Assembly: GCA_964349645.1 (NCBI GenBank)
Contig: CAYGHK010000001.1
Coordinates: 4,235 to 36,899 of the forward strand
Origin: an uncultured Candidatus Saccharibacteria bacterium
GTDB lineage: Bacteria > Patescibacteriota > Saccharimonadia > Saccharimonadales > Saccharimonadaceae
Reading direction: 5' to 3'
Length of the DNA stretch: 32,665 nt
The translations under genes were made by a program, and so were the position numbers. Positions 17,788 through 26,203 of this stretch are shown one piece after another. The notes below the pieces were generated by a model. It saw nothing but the letters and a program-made list of their open reading frames with translations. It did no database searches and had not been told where the DNA came from. The first letter of the stretch is position 1; each line of letters starts with the position of its first letter.

Positions 17788-18468
17788 ATGGGATTTGAAG
17801 ATTTTATTTCAAAAACTGGAGCTGAGGTAAAAATAAGCCAAGCGAATCAAAAAGAAACTGAGCGTAGAAAAAAAGATGCGATAAGTATTATATCAAAAAC
17901 CCGTGATATTTTTAACTATTTGCCTGATATGGAAAAAGCCTGCGACCACTACGATCATTTAGGAGATAGGCGGTTTATTCTTGGTGAGGGACATAGGACC
18001 CCCTTTGTAGCTCTTTCAGCAGATGGTGTTGAAGCTGCTATTATACGCGACAGATTCTTTAAGCGTAATTTGGAAACGGAAGAAGTAGAATACCACAGTC
18101 ATGCATATACACTTGTAATACGAGTTAATGGAGCCGATAATCCATACGCGAAAGTAGAAGAAAAAGATTCATATAATAATGGATATACAGCTCAGCCAAC
18201 TATAGGATATGCAGAAGATCGCCGACATGAAAGTTATAAACTTTTTGTACCAGGTACAGAAGAAGAAGACAGAGAGGCGATTCAACTTTTCAGCGAGGTA
18301 TGTGATGCGCTTGAACGAAAGTATGGGCCGCTGCAGAAGCCTGATTTTAGGTCCAAAGACAGACCAATCCAACATTTACCTACGAAACGAAGAAAAGAAG
18401 TTCAACCAACTGTTCCCGCGGGCTGGAGTCACGCAAATAAAAGAAGGCGGTTTTTCAAGAAGAAATAG
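17788..18468 (+). CDS. Hypothetical soluble protein with a basic C-terminus
   Basis: 226-aa ORF preceded by a good RBS (AAGGAG, 7 nt upstream). It has no TM helix or signal peptide, and no motif I recognise. Confidence 0.65.
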   Translation: MGFEDFISKTGAEVKISQANQKETERRKKDAISIISKTRDIFNYLPDMEKACDHYDHLGDRRFILGEGHRTPFVALSADGVEAAIIRDRFFKRNLETEEVEYHSHAYTLVIRVNGADNPYAKVEEKDSYNNGYTAQPTIGYAEDRRHESYKLFVPGTEEEDREAIQLFSEVCDALERKYGPLQKPDFRSKDRPIQHLPTKRRKEVQPTVPAGWSHANKRRRFFKKK

Positions 18469-18509
18469 ACTTGCAAAATTATACTTTTTATGCTAATATA
18501 ACTGATGAA

Positions 18510-19937
18510 ATGTCAGAACAACCACCACAAACAAACAGCGAAACACCAAATCCTGCAGATAACTTCGAAGATATTCGGGATTTAGTTGAAGTTGGTGATG
18601 ATGAAAATGGTGACGGTGTAAACACTCTTCACAGGCCAGATGGAAGCGGCAAGCTACTTTCTGTTGATGAGCTTGAGATGATACGGGAAAATCAAGATCT
18701 AATACGAAATGAAACCCAAGAAATGCCCAGCGATGGTCTTGAAAGTGAACCCAGAGCCGAAAAGATAGCTCACTACATACACAAACATAGTAAGGGTAAA
18801 GGCACTTCTCCCGAAGTAGTTAGGGAATTGTATAAAAGACTCGAAGCAGAGGGCGATGAATTTCTAGATGACGACCCCACTGAAGTAATGCAAGCGCCAG
18901 ATTCTCGGTTTACCCCCGAGGAGATTCGAAAACAACAAGAATTACTAGCTAAGATAGATGAAGCAGATCGTATATTCGATCGAAAAAAGCGCATGTTAGC
19001 GCTTAAAGCAATTGCCGAAGATGATGAATATAGAAATACTGATTTCGCTGGAGATACTGGCAACTTGGCTGTTGAAGCTGCACAGAGAATACGAATAAGT
19101 AAGACTCGTAGCAAATGGAATCCTCGTAAATTGTGGGTAAAAAGATCCAAAAAGAGTAATTACGAACTTAGTCAGATGTCTTACGAAGAAGACAAAAGAT
19201 ACAGTCTTCACGCTGCAAAAGCTATGGGTGGCAACCTACATATAAAAGATAAAAACACCTACCCAGGCCGGAACGAAACAATACACAGGGCTAACAAGTG
19301 GTATGAAACAAAAGTCGTCCTTGGTTTGGAAGAAAAACTAGCTACAGTTAAGCGTCAAATTCCTGAAGCAGAAGAAAAAGTTCAAGAGGCGGAGCTCAGG
19401 CTCGCTGCTGATAGCGAAAATAAAGGTCTGCAAGAAGAGGCTGAAAAGGCAAAGGTTGTTCTACGTACATTAGAAAAATCAGAAGTTAGTACATTTCATG
19501 AACTAGAACAGAGGAAATACGATACTCTAGATGCGCTTTGCACACTACGTGGATTTGGCGGTAATGAGTATTTTGGCAAAGGTATTGCCTATTTGGCTAT
19601 TACAAAAAACGATCCAAATCTTCTTCGCGCACTTGAAGGTCTTGATCGTGTTAGTCTTAGGCGTCGAGAACAGCCAGTTGAAATACCTGGACTTGGGAAA
19701 GCGCGCGAGCTGTATCACAAAACTCGTATCAATAAAGCCGAAGTGATGATGATTCCTGAAAATCTAAAGCAGAAAATTAAAACAATAGAAGATAAAAGGC
19801 AAGGTGGACAGATAGATGGTTCCGAAGCAGCATTAGCTCGAGAAAAGGCTATAGCCCAAGCTCGAGAAGAAGCTCGGTCAATTAAGCAGCCAGATTGGCG
19901 TGATGAAGCTATTATTCGAATTAATAAATTAGCTTAA
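18510..19937 (+). CDS. Hypothetical soluble protein with an acidic N-terminus and coiled-coil-like Glu/Lys-rich segments
   Basis: The ORF is open from TTG at 18471. The first ATG, at 18510, gives MSEQPPQTNS.... There is no TM helix. Its stop codon overlaps the stop of the convergent gene within cTTAAg (19934-19937). Confidence 0.6.
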   Translation: MSEQPPQTNSETPNPADNFEDIRDLVEVGDDENGDGVNTLHRPDGSGKLLSVDELEMIRENQDLIRNETQEMPSDGLESEPRAEKIAHYIHKHSKGKGTSPEVVRELYKRLEAEGDEFLDDDPTEVMQAPDSRFTPEEIRKQQELLAKIDEADRIFDRKKRMLALKAIAEDDEYRNTDFAGDTGNLAVEAAQRIRISKTRSKWNPRKLWVKRSKKSNYELSQMSYEEDKRYSLHAAKAMGGNLHIKDKNTYPGRNETIHRANKWYETKVVLGLEEKLATVKRQIPEAEEKVQEAELRLAADSENKGLQEEAEKAKVVLRTLEKSEVSTFHELEQRKYDTLDALCTLRGFGGNEYFGKGIAYLAITKNDPNLLRALEGLDRVSLRRREQPVEIPGLGKARELYHKTRINKAEVMMIPENLKQKIKTIEDKRQGGQIDGSEAALAREKAIAQAREEARSIKQPDWRDEAIIRINKLA

Positions 19938-21268
19938 GATTTCCTACTAATCCACTTGCTGTAAGCCATCATCTCAATACCAAGTTGTGAATAATCAACT
20001 CTATAGAATCCATCACTATCAACTATAACTGCATTAGGGTGGCTACTAGCTACATCCTGGGCCATTACACCGACGTATTCGGTATCTTCCCAATTGTATC
20101 TAAATCTATAAAAAGGGATACCGCTAATCGTACCTAATCGTTGCACATCACGCTTTAGACGCCTATCTGATTGCTGGTAAGGTGCAGCCCGGTAGTCTGC
20201 AGCATCCTGCACTACTACATCGTGGAACCCAGGAGGCATTGCATCAATTTTTGCCTGAGTAAATGGTTTTTCAGCAGCAGCAGCAGCAAGAATTTGCCTT
20301 GCATGAATCCCCACATCATCACCCGGCCCAGCACTTGCTGCACGCTGAACGTACTGTTGGAATGATCTTTCGTCTAGATCACCAACATTAGTTGAGTCAA
20401 CCTTCTTGAAGGTCGCTTCGAAGCTTTTTGGACCACCACTTGTATCTCCTGCTGTTTCAACAAAGCTGCTGGTAATATCTGGCCTTGTTTTTTCAAGTGC
20501 ATCATAATGATCTTTACCAAGATGGGCTGCAAATGCTTGAGCTTCAGCAGAGCCGCTTTGCATTTGTGATGCAAAATCTCCAACCATATCCCTGCCGGGT
20601 GCGCCATTTTGCATTGCAAGATTTGCAATTGCTGCTCGTTGTTCATCAGTTTGGGCTTGAGCAAACTGATCGCGCAAATAATTATCTCTTCCTGTACCGC
20701 CCCCTGCATACCTTCCTCCAGGATCAGACTGGTAAGCTAGCATAGCACTTTTTATTCGAAGATCTCTTGCCTCTAGATTAAGTTTTGCTGGCTCCATTTC
20801 TTCAATTTCGCGCTTTAACCTCATCTTATCTACATTCAAGCCAACTCGTACCCCAGCGCCTCGATCAGCGCCAACGCCAACGTATCTATCTGCATTTTCT
20901 CCCATATCACTTATAACATCGTCCTCTAGGAGTCGTTTAGCTTCAGCCTCTCTATTCTGCCGTTGTGCATCCGTACGAGTAGCGCGGCCGCCTGCCCAGC
21001 GACGAAAGCGGTTTCTGCGGTTGTCTGTTATGAGGTTGCCGTTTTGATCAAGGCCGGCAGTAGTGCGCCTTGCGGATGTTTCCGTTTTGGCGAGCTGTGA
21101 TCTTTTGCCAGCATCTTCTTTCATGCCGCCTGTTAATTTGTTTCCCAAGTTTTGACCTACTCCGTACACTTTACCTAACATTGAGTTTGATGATTTTAGT
21201 AAAGCAGGTATTGCAAATAGTGGCAATGCCAGTATGACGAGTTTGAGTAAATAATTTATGACATCCAT
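19934..21268 (-). CDS. Membrane-anchored protein with a C-terminal intramolecular chaperone auto-processing domain (peptidase S74, tail-fibre/endosialidase type)
   Basis: 444 aa with the N-terminal TM helix LLKLVILALPLFAIPALL. The C-terminus reads SDRRLKRDVQRLGTISGIPFYRFRYNWEDTEYVGVMAQDVASSHPNAVIVDSDGFYRVDYSQLGIEMM. This closely follows the S74 pattern SDxRLK...GxxAQ(E/D)V...P..V......vdY..l. Confidence 0.7.
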   Translation of the reverse strand: MDVINYLLKLVILALPLFAIPALLKSSNSMLGKVYGVGQNLGNKLTGGMKEDAGKRSQLAKTETSARRTTAGLDQNGNLITDNRRNRFRRWAGGRATRTDAQRQNREAEAKRLLEDDVISDMGENADRYVGVGADRGAGVRVGLNVDKMRLKREIEEMEPAKLNLEARDLRIKSAMLAYQSDPGGRYAGGGTGRDNYLRDQFAQAQTDEQRAAIANLAMQNGAPGRDMVGDFASQMQSGSAEAQAFAAHLGKDHYDALEKTRPDITSSFVETAGDTSGGPKSFEATFKKVDSTNVGDLDERSFQQYVQRAASAGPGDDVGIHARQILAAAAAEKPFTQAKIDAMPPGFHDVVVQDAADYRAAPYQQSDRRLKRDVQRLGTISGIPFYRFRYNWEDTEYVGVMAQDVASSHPNAVIVDSDGFYRVDYSQLGIEMMAYSKWISRKS

Positions 21269-21296
21269 GCTTTATATCCTTATATATTTTATCACT

Positions 21297-22859
21297 TTAG
21301 ATTAAACTCGCTGCTAAAATTGATGCGCCAAATACTACCATTAGCATAGGAAATATTATCAGTTGTTGAGTAAATAAGCTCCACCATTTTTTGAAATATT
21401 GGTCAGTATTTGGCAACAGCCAAGCGGCGAATGCAAGTGGAGATACAAGTACTAAGCCAAGCAAGATTACTTGGCGAGCAATCAACACCAGCATGGTTGC
21501 AAAGATGGATATCAAAGCAGCAAGCAATAACGGAACGGCGAGCCATAGTAGGGCGGTTGCGCCAATACTTGCCGCCGCTACTCCACCAGCCAGCAGGCCT
21601 CCGCCAATAACGGTTCCAGCTGCTACATCACCACCAGTAGAGAAGAAGTTGACTCCCCCACTGCCACCGCCGACTGCTTCATTTATTTGTGCACTTATGC
21701 TTGTGTCGCCACCACCCGCACCAATCATGAAGCCAACAATTGAGGTACCGGCTATGTTGCTGACGTCTATTAGGAATGCACATATATAGAACGATAAGTT
21801 TATAAATATTGCTCCCATGACAAGGCGAGGTAACATTCGTTTTATGCCATAGTTTGATAGCCCTACAGAGGTTGATTGTGAAAATACAATGACCATAAAC
21901 ACAATTATTAGAAGAATATTCGCCATGCTAACAAAGGCACTATGTATAGCCTGAATTTTACCCCCGTCATCTTTTTCGGCAAGTATTCGGAAGGTCAGCA
22001 TGCTTTCGATGATGCTACCCGCCCCCTGTATAGCTGATGCGAAACCATCGATTATCGGACAAAGCACCCACCCTAGAGCACCACCCTTACAACTATCAAC
22101 GTCCCCAGCAGCGCCTCCGGCACCCGTACCACCAGCCGCTTCAATAATTGCTTTTATTTCATTTTGTTCTGCTTCGGACATTTTGTAATAATTACGGGTA
22201 TTAACCGAGAATGACTCTCTAGGAAGTCCGTTATTACACTCCGGAGATAGGATTGAACTAATCTTTTCTCCCTTCGAGCTACCACCTAGATGAGGATTTC
22301 TATCATCATCGTTCAAGTTAGCAAAACTAGTATTTTCATCCTTTTCGTGAACAACACTATCCGCGGCTCCAGCTTCACCTATTTTTGTAATTTTTGTAAT
22401 GCCTGCTGTTGTGTCGTAGTTGTCGCCACCTTGAAGTGCATTCCAGTCGTTAAACTTGTAGCCCATTACATAGTCTATTTTAAAATAAGGCCTGGTGGAG
22501 GGTTCGGTTAAGGATAAAGTAGTGCCCGAACAATATACTTGTGTGACAGCAAAGTATTCGAGCTTGTCATCGGGATCGCCTGCTCCATGCTGGTTAAGTT
22601 GTTGATTGATTTCAGATGTAAATGAAAATATCGTCCCATCACCGAAGAGGCCGCCTTTTGCGACAACTTTTATCATGTCACCAACTTCTTCTTGTTTTTT
22701 GCCATCATCAAAAATGGTTTTCAGTTTGTTTTTGTCAGCATCGTCATAAAAGAGCGCGAGGTTAGTTGCTCCCACTGCTTGGGTAGCTCCGCTTGTAATA
22801 ATAGCTAAAACAACAACCAAGAATATTCCTGCCCAGCTATGTCTAAAGAAACGTTTCAT
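21297..22859 (-). CDS. VirB6/TrbL-like polytopic T4SS channel protein with a large N-terminal extracytoplasmic domain
   Basis: 520 aa. It has a signal peptide (AGIFLVVVLAIITSGATQAVGA) and a soluble region of about 290 aa. The C-terminal half has multiple TM helices and Gly-rich loops, including LVLVSPLAFAAWLLPNTDQYFKKWWSLFTQQLIIFP, which resembles the TrbL/VirB6 core. Confidence 0.65.
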   Translation of the reverse strand: MKRFFRHSWAGIFLVVVLAIITSGATQAVGATNLALFYDDADKNKLKTIFDDGKKQEEVGDMIKVVAKGGLFGDGTIFSFTSEINQQLNQHGAGDPDDKLEYFAVTQVYCSGTTLSLTEPSTRPYFKIDYVMGYKFNDWNALQGGDNYDTTAGITKITKIGEAGAADSVVHEKDENTSFANLNDDDRNPHLGGSSKGEKISSILSPECNNGLPRESFSVNTRNYYKMSEAEQNEIKAIIEAAGGTGAGGAAGDVDSCKGGALGWVLCPIIDGFASAIQGAGSIIESMLTFRILAEKDDGGKIQAIHSAFVSMANILLIIVFMVIVFSQSTSVGLSNYGIKRMLPRLVMGAIFINLSFYICAFLIDVSNIAGTSIVGFMIGAGGGDTSISAQINEAVGGGSGGVNFFSTGGDVAAGTVIGGGLLAGGVAAASIGATALLWLAVPLLLAALISIFATMLVLIARQVILLGLVLVSPLAFAAWLLPNTDQYFKKWWSLFTQQLIIFPMLMVVFGASILAASLI

Positions 22860-22903
22860 ACTGTCAATCAGTATACCTCAAGGACAAGCACAAGCTCAAT
22901 GAT

Positions 22904-22932
22904 TTGCACTTATCGGTATAAAAAGGCATAAT
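22904..22932 (+). promoter_or_regulatory. Candidate sigma70-type promoter for the pilin operon (TTGCAC, 17-nt spacer, CATAAT)
   Basis: TTGCAC lies at 22904-22909 and CATAAT at 22927-22932, inside the 82-bp divergent intergenic region. The -10 element ends 9 nt before the ATG at 22942, implying a very short or absent leader. This is a pattern match only. Confidence 0.3.
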
Positions 22933-22941
22933 CTGTAGGTA

Positions 22942-23649
22942 ATGAAAAAGTACTTATTGATAGCTTTTGTATTTGGACTGCAGATCTCTGCGCTTGTTGT
23001 GCTTACGGCGTCACCAAAAGCGTTGGCGGCTTATTCTAGCGATAAGGGTACGGAAACTTGCCAAAGCCTTTCGCCGCCAGATGACGATAACTTAAAGGCA
23101 TGTGAATATGGCTACAAAGTAGGATACGAAGGAGCTAAAGGTGGTAAATGTTTTGCTCATGTAAAAAAAGTGATGAAAGACAAATATCACAAAAACATAA
23201 ATACAGTCGAGCAGTTAAAAGCAAATGCTGTTGCTGCTCCGATGTACAGTATTTGTGGTAAAGGAAAAATTAAAGGAGCTGAGCAAAAAGCTGCAGATGA
23301 TGCCGCAAAAGAAAGTGCAGTTGCCAATGCAAAAAACACCTGCTCGGGAGTGCCGACATTTTTTGACTTTGGGTGTAATGCAGCCGGCAGCGACAAAGAA
23401 AAAAGTGGCAAAGCAAACCCAATAAGCAGGATATTATTTACAGTTATTTCTTGGCTAACAGGTCTTGTTACACTTGCAGCTATAGGTGGCGTTATATACG
23501 GTGGCATATTGTACACAAGTGCAGGTGACAATAGTAGTCAAACCCAAAAAGGTATAAGCTTTATATTCAATGCTGTTCTCGGCTTGCTTTTATGGATAAG
23601 TGCCTACGCAATAATTAACTTCCTTGTGCCTGGAGGGCTATTCACATGA
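22942..23649 (+). CDS. Pilin paralogue P1: VirB2/TrbC-like module fused to a Cys-rich N-terminal domain of about 150 aa
   Basis: 235 aa. The signal peptide ends in ALAA, and the mature N-domain has six Cys. The C-terminal module reads LVTLAAIGGVIYGGILYTSAGDNSSQTQKGISFIFNAVLGLLLWISAYAIINFLV. Confidence 0.7.
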   Translation: MKKYLLIAFVFGLQISALVVLTASPKALAAYSSDKGTETCQSLSPPDDDNLKACEYGYKVGYEGAKGGKCFAHVKKVMKDKYHKNINTVEQLKANAVAAPMYSICGKGKIKGAEQKAADDAAKESAVANAKNTCSGVPTFFDFGCNAAGSDKEKSGKANPISRILFTVISWLTGLVTLAAIGGVIYGGILYTSAGDNSSQTQKGISFIFNAVLGLLLWISAYAIINFLVPGGLFT

Positions 23650-24083
23650 GTAGGAAATTAGCAGGTATTTTGACTCTAGTATTGTTGTTTGCGGGAATTG
23701 TCAGCACTACTTCGTTGAGTCAAACAGCAACTGCTGCTGAATGTAAAAACGAAGTTTCATTGCTACCCGGAGCAAAGCCATGGTATTCGGGCTTGTGTAA
23801 AATGGATGGCGCAAACAAAACAAACGATATAGAGCTCACTACTCCACAAGAATCTGGCACAAAAATAGCGCTTAATATTTTAAATATAATCATGGTTTTG
23901 GCCGGTTATGTTGCTGTTGCTTATGTAATGTGGGGAGGGTTTAACTACCTGACCGCAACTGGAGACTCTGGAAAAACCGCTAGTGCCAAAAGAACTATTA
24001 CAAATGCGTTAATTGGGTTACTTATTTCACTTTCGGCTGTGGCGATAATATATTTTATAGGAGGCGTATATGGTATACCGTAG
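23646..24083 (+). CDS. Pilin paralogue P2 (VirB2/TrbC-like)
   Basis: 145 aa. The signal peptide ends in ATAA and the variable region has 2 Cys. The module reads VLAGYVAVAYVMWGGFNYLTATGDSGKTASAKRTITNALIGLLISLSAVAIIYF. ATGA overlap with P1. Confidence 0.72.
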   Translation: MSRKLAGILTLVLLFAGIVSTTSLSQTATAAECKNEVSLLPGAKPWYSGLCKMDGANKTNDIELTTPQESGTKIALNILNIIMVLAGYVAVAYVMWGGFNYLTATGDSGKTASAKRTITNALIGLLISLSAVAIIYFIGGVYGIP

Positions 24084-24477
24084 AGTTTTATTTTTGTGCG
24101 TAGCGCTATTTGCGGTTGTTGGTTTGTCTTTTTTTGCAAACAACGCTCACGTTGCGGCAGCTCCAGACGAAGAGCCACCAAAGCCAGCCATTGACGTTGC
24201 CGACCCCGGTAAACTGTCTGTCGATGAAGGCGAAGTCGGCATTTTAAAAGCCGACAGCGGGACTATCGTTACAAATACACTTAATGCTGTTTACGGAATC
24301 AGTGCAGTTATTGCAGTAATTGCCATTATTGCTGCTGGAATAATGTATACAATTTCCGATGGCGATCCTGGCAAAATTAGTACAGCGAAAAATGCGATTA
24401 TATATGCGACGGTAGGTTTGGTGATTATAGGCTCGGCGTTTATAATTACAGGTATAGTCCAAAGAATAGGAACATAA
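24070..24477 (+). CDS. Pilin paralogue P3 (VirB2/TrbC-like)
   Basis: 135 aa. The signal peptide ends in VAAA and the mature variable region has no Cys. The module reads AVIAVIAIIAAGIMYTISDGDPGKISTAKNAIIYATVGLVIIGSAFIITG. An AGGAGG RBS sits 5 nt upstream, inside the end of P2. Confidence 0.72.
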   Translation: MVYRRVLFLCVALFAVVGLSFFANNAHVAAAPDEEPPKPAIDVADPGKLSVDEGEVGILKADSGTIVTNTLNAVYGISAVIAVIAIIAAGIMYTISDGDPGKISTAKNAIIYATVGLVIIGSAFIITGIVQRIGT

Positions 24478-24479
24478 AT

Positions 24480-24854
24480 ATGCAAAGAATCAAAAAAATT
24501 TCCTTTATAGCCTCAATAGCGGTGCTATTACTTGCAGTAGTCAGCTTGCTCTCTTCGGATATTGCTATGGCCGCACTACCAGGCTGTGGGACAAGTAATA
24601 CACAAATATGTACTGCAAGCGACGACCTGCTTGGAGGTATATTGAAAGACGTTATAAATGTAATGCTTTACCTTGCTGGAGCGATTGCGGTAATCATGGT
24701 GGTGGTTGGCGGTATTCGCTATATTACTAGCGACGGTGACCCTGGTGCGGCTAGTAAAGCAAAAAGTACGATTATATATGCCTTGGTTGGCCTGGTTGTA
24801 GCAATAATGAGTTTTGGTATAGTAAACTTTGTGTTAGATAGGATAAAAGCATGA
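24480..24854 (+). CDS. Pilin paralogue P4 (VirB2/TrbC-like)
   Basis: 124 aa. The signal peptide ends in AMAA and the variable region has 2 Cys. The module reads LAGAIAVIMVVVGGIRYITSDGDPGAASKAKSTIIYALVGLVVAIMSFGIVNFVL. Confidence 0.75.
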   Translation: MQRIKKISFIASIAVLLLAVVSLLSSDIAMAALPGCGTSNTQICTASDDLLGGILKDVINVMLYLAGAIAVIMVVVGGIRYITSDGDPGAASKAKSTIIYALVGLVVAIMSFGIVNFVLDRIKA

Positions 24855-25243
24855 CATTAAAAAGAATAAAAAATACACTACTATCAATTTCAGCAATTGT
24901 TTTTCTTAGCGGCGTAGGTACTGTTTGTATTACTCCCCCATCAGCTTTGGCGGACACAAAAACAGAAGCACAAACAGCTGTCGACGATCTCAGCGGTACT
25001 CATGTTGATGGGACAAACAAAATAAAAACTACCATAAGAGACATAATCAACATCTTGCTGTTTTTGATCGGTATGATTGCGGTTATCATGATTGTTATTG
25101 CAGGCTTTAGGTTTGTAACAAGCAACGGTGACTCCAATACTGTATCTTCGGCCAAAAATACAATTATTTACGCTGTTATTGGTATCGTAGTCGCAGTCAT
25201 GGCCTACGCCATAGTGAACTTTATATTAGATAATATAGCTTAA
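24851..25243 (+). CDS. Pilin paralogue P5 (VirB2/TrbC-like)
   Basis: 130 aa. The signal peptide ends in ALA and the mature variable region has no Cys. The module reads LIGMIAVIMIVIAGFRFVTSNGDSNTVSSAKNTIIYAVIGIVVAVMAYAIVNFIL. ATGA overlap with P4. Confidence 0.75.
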   Translation: MTLKRIKNTLLSISAIVFLSGVGTVCITPPSALADTKTEAQTAVDDLSGTHVDGTNKIKTTIRDIINILLFLIGMIAVIMIVIAGFRFVTSNGDSNTVSSAKNTIIYAVIGIVVAVMAYAIVNFILDNIA

Positions 25244-25245
25244 AT

Positions 25246-25683
25246 ATGTTTCGTATTTTTATTTTACTTACACTTCTTGTAGGCACAGTAGCAAGTCTCG
25301 CGCAGCCTGTATCTGTGTTTGCGCTTGATGGCAATGATGAGACCAGTTCTAGAGAAGCGCTCAAGCAAGTTGGAGATAATCCTGAAGAAGAGTGTAAAGC
25401 TAGAGGGGGCAAGCTCAATGCTCAAGATGAATGTGTCGATAGTAACGGCAAGAGTCTTAATGAGGTGACATATACACTTCGCAATGTTGTGAACCTTCTC
25501 CTATATGTAGCAGGTATTATTGCCGTAGTTATAATTGTTATTGCAGGCTTTAGGTTCGTAACAAGCAACGGCGATGCCGCACAGGTTTCAAAGGCCAAAA
25601 ACACTATAATATATGCGCTTGTAGGCCTTGTAGTTGCGGTTATGTCATACGCTATAGTGAACTTTATTTTGGAAAATATATAA
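25246..25683 (+). CDS. Pilin paralogue P6 (VirB2/TrbC-like)
   Basis: 145 aa with a signal peptide and 2 Cys in the variable region. The module reads VAGIIAVVIIVIAGFRFVTSNGDAAQVSKAKNTIIYALVGLVVAVMSYAIVNFIL. Confidence 0.75.
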   Translation: MFRIFILLTLLVGTVASLAQPVSVFALDGNDETSSREALKQVGDNPEEECKARGGKLNAQDECVDSNGKSLNEVTYTLRNVVNLLLYVAGIIAVVIIVIAGFRFVTSNGDAAQVSKAKNTIIYALVGLVVAVMSYAIVNFILENI

Positions 25684-25700
25684 GACAAATGAGGAATAAT

Positions 25701-26165
25701 ATGAAAAACATAAAGAAAATATTAGGATCGGCACTACTTGTTTTGGGTGTTGGCTTGCTGTTTGTGCCGGCAACAAGCCAGGCAAAAGTCACCATAGATG
25801 ATGCTAACGCAGAAAACCACAAAGTAGCCTGTGATAAAAACGGCGGAACGGTAGATGGAAATGGCAACTGTAGCGAGGGCGGCTCAGACATTGCCAGTAT
25901 ATTTCGCGCTGTAACGAATACGATGTTGTTTTTGGTAGGTGCTGTTGCGGTTATCATGCTAATTGTTGGTGGATTTCGTTATGTCACAAGTAATGGCGAC
26001 CAAAACTCTGTTACGGCTGCCAAAAACACTATAATGTACGCACTGATTGGTATAGTAGTAGCTTTCCTAGCATTTGCGGCTGTTAACTTTGTCACCAACC
26101 AGTTGGAAAACGCAAATACGTCCGGAGAGTCAGGCTATATACAACAAGCAAGTATTTTGGTATAA
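25701..26165 (+). CDS. Pilin paralogue P7 (VirB2/TrbC-like)
   Basis: The track starts it at ATG 25689. I prefer the ATG at 25701 (MKNIKKILG...), 5 nt after GAGGA. The signal peptide ends in SQA and the variable region has 2 Cys. The module reads LVGAVAVIMLIVGGFRYVTSNGDQNSVTAAKNTIMYALIGIVVAFLAFAAVNFVT. Confidence 0.75.
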   Translation: MKNIKKILGSALLVLGVGLLFVPATSQAKVTIDDANAENHKVACDKNGGTVDGNGNCSEGGSDIASIFRAVTNTMLFLVGAVAVIMLIVGGFRYVTSNGDQNSVTAAKNTIMYALIGIVVAFLAFAAVNFVTNQLENANTSGESGYIQQASILV

Positions 26166-26203
26166 CTAAAGCATACATCTTATAAACATAAGGAGAATAC
26201 AAA

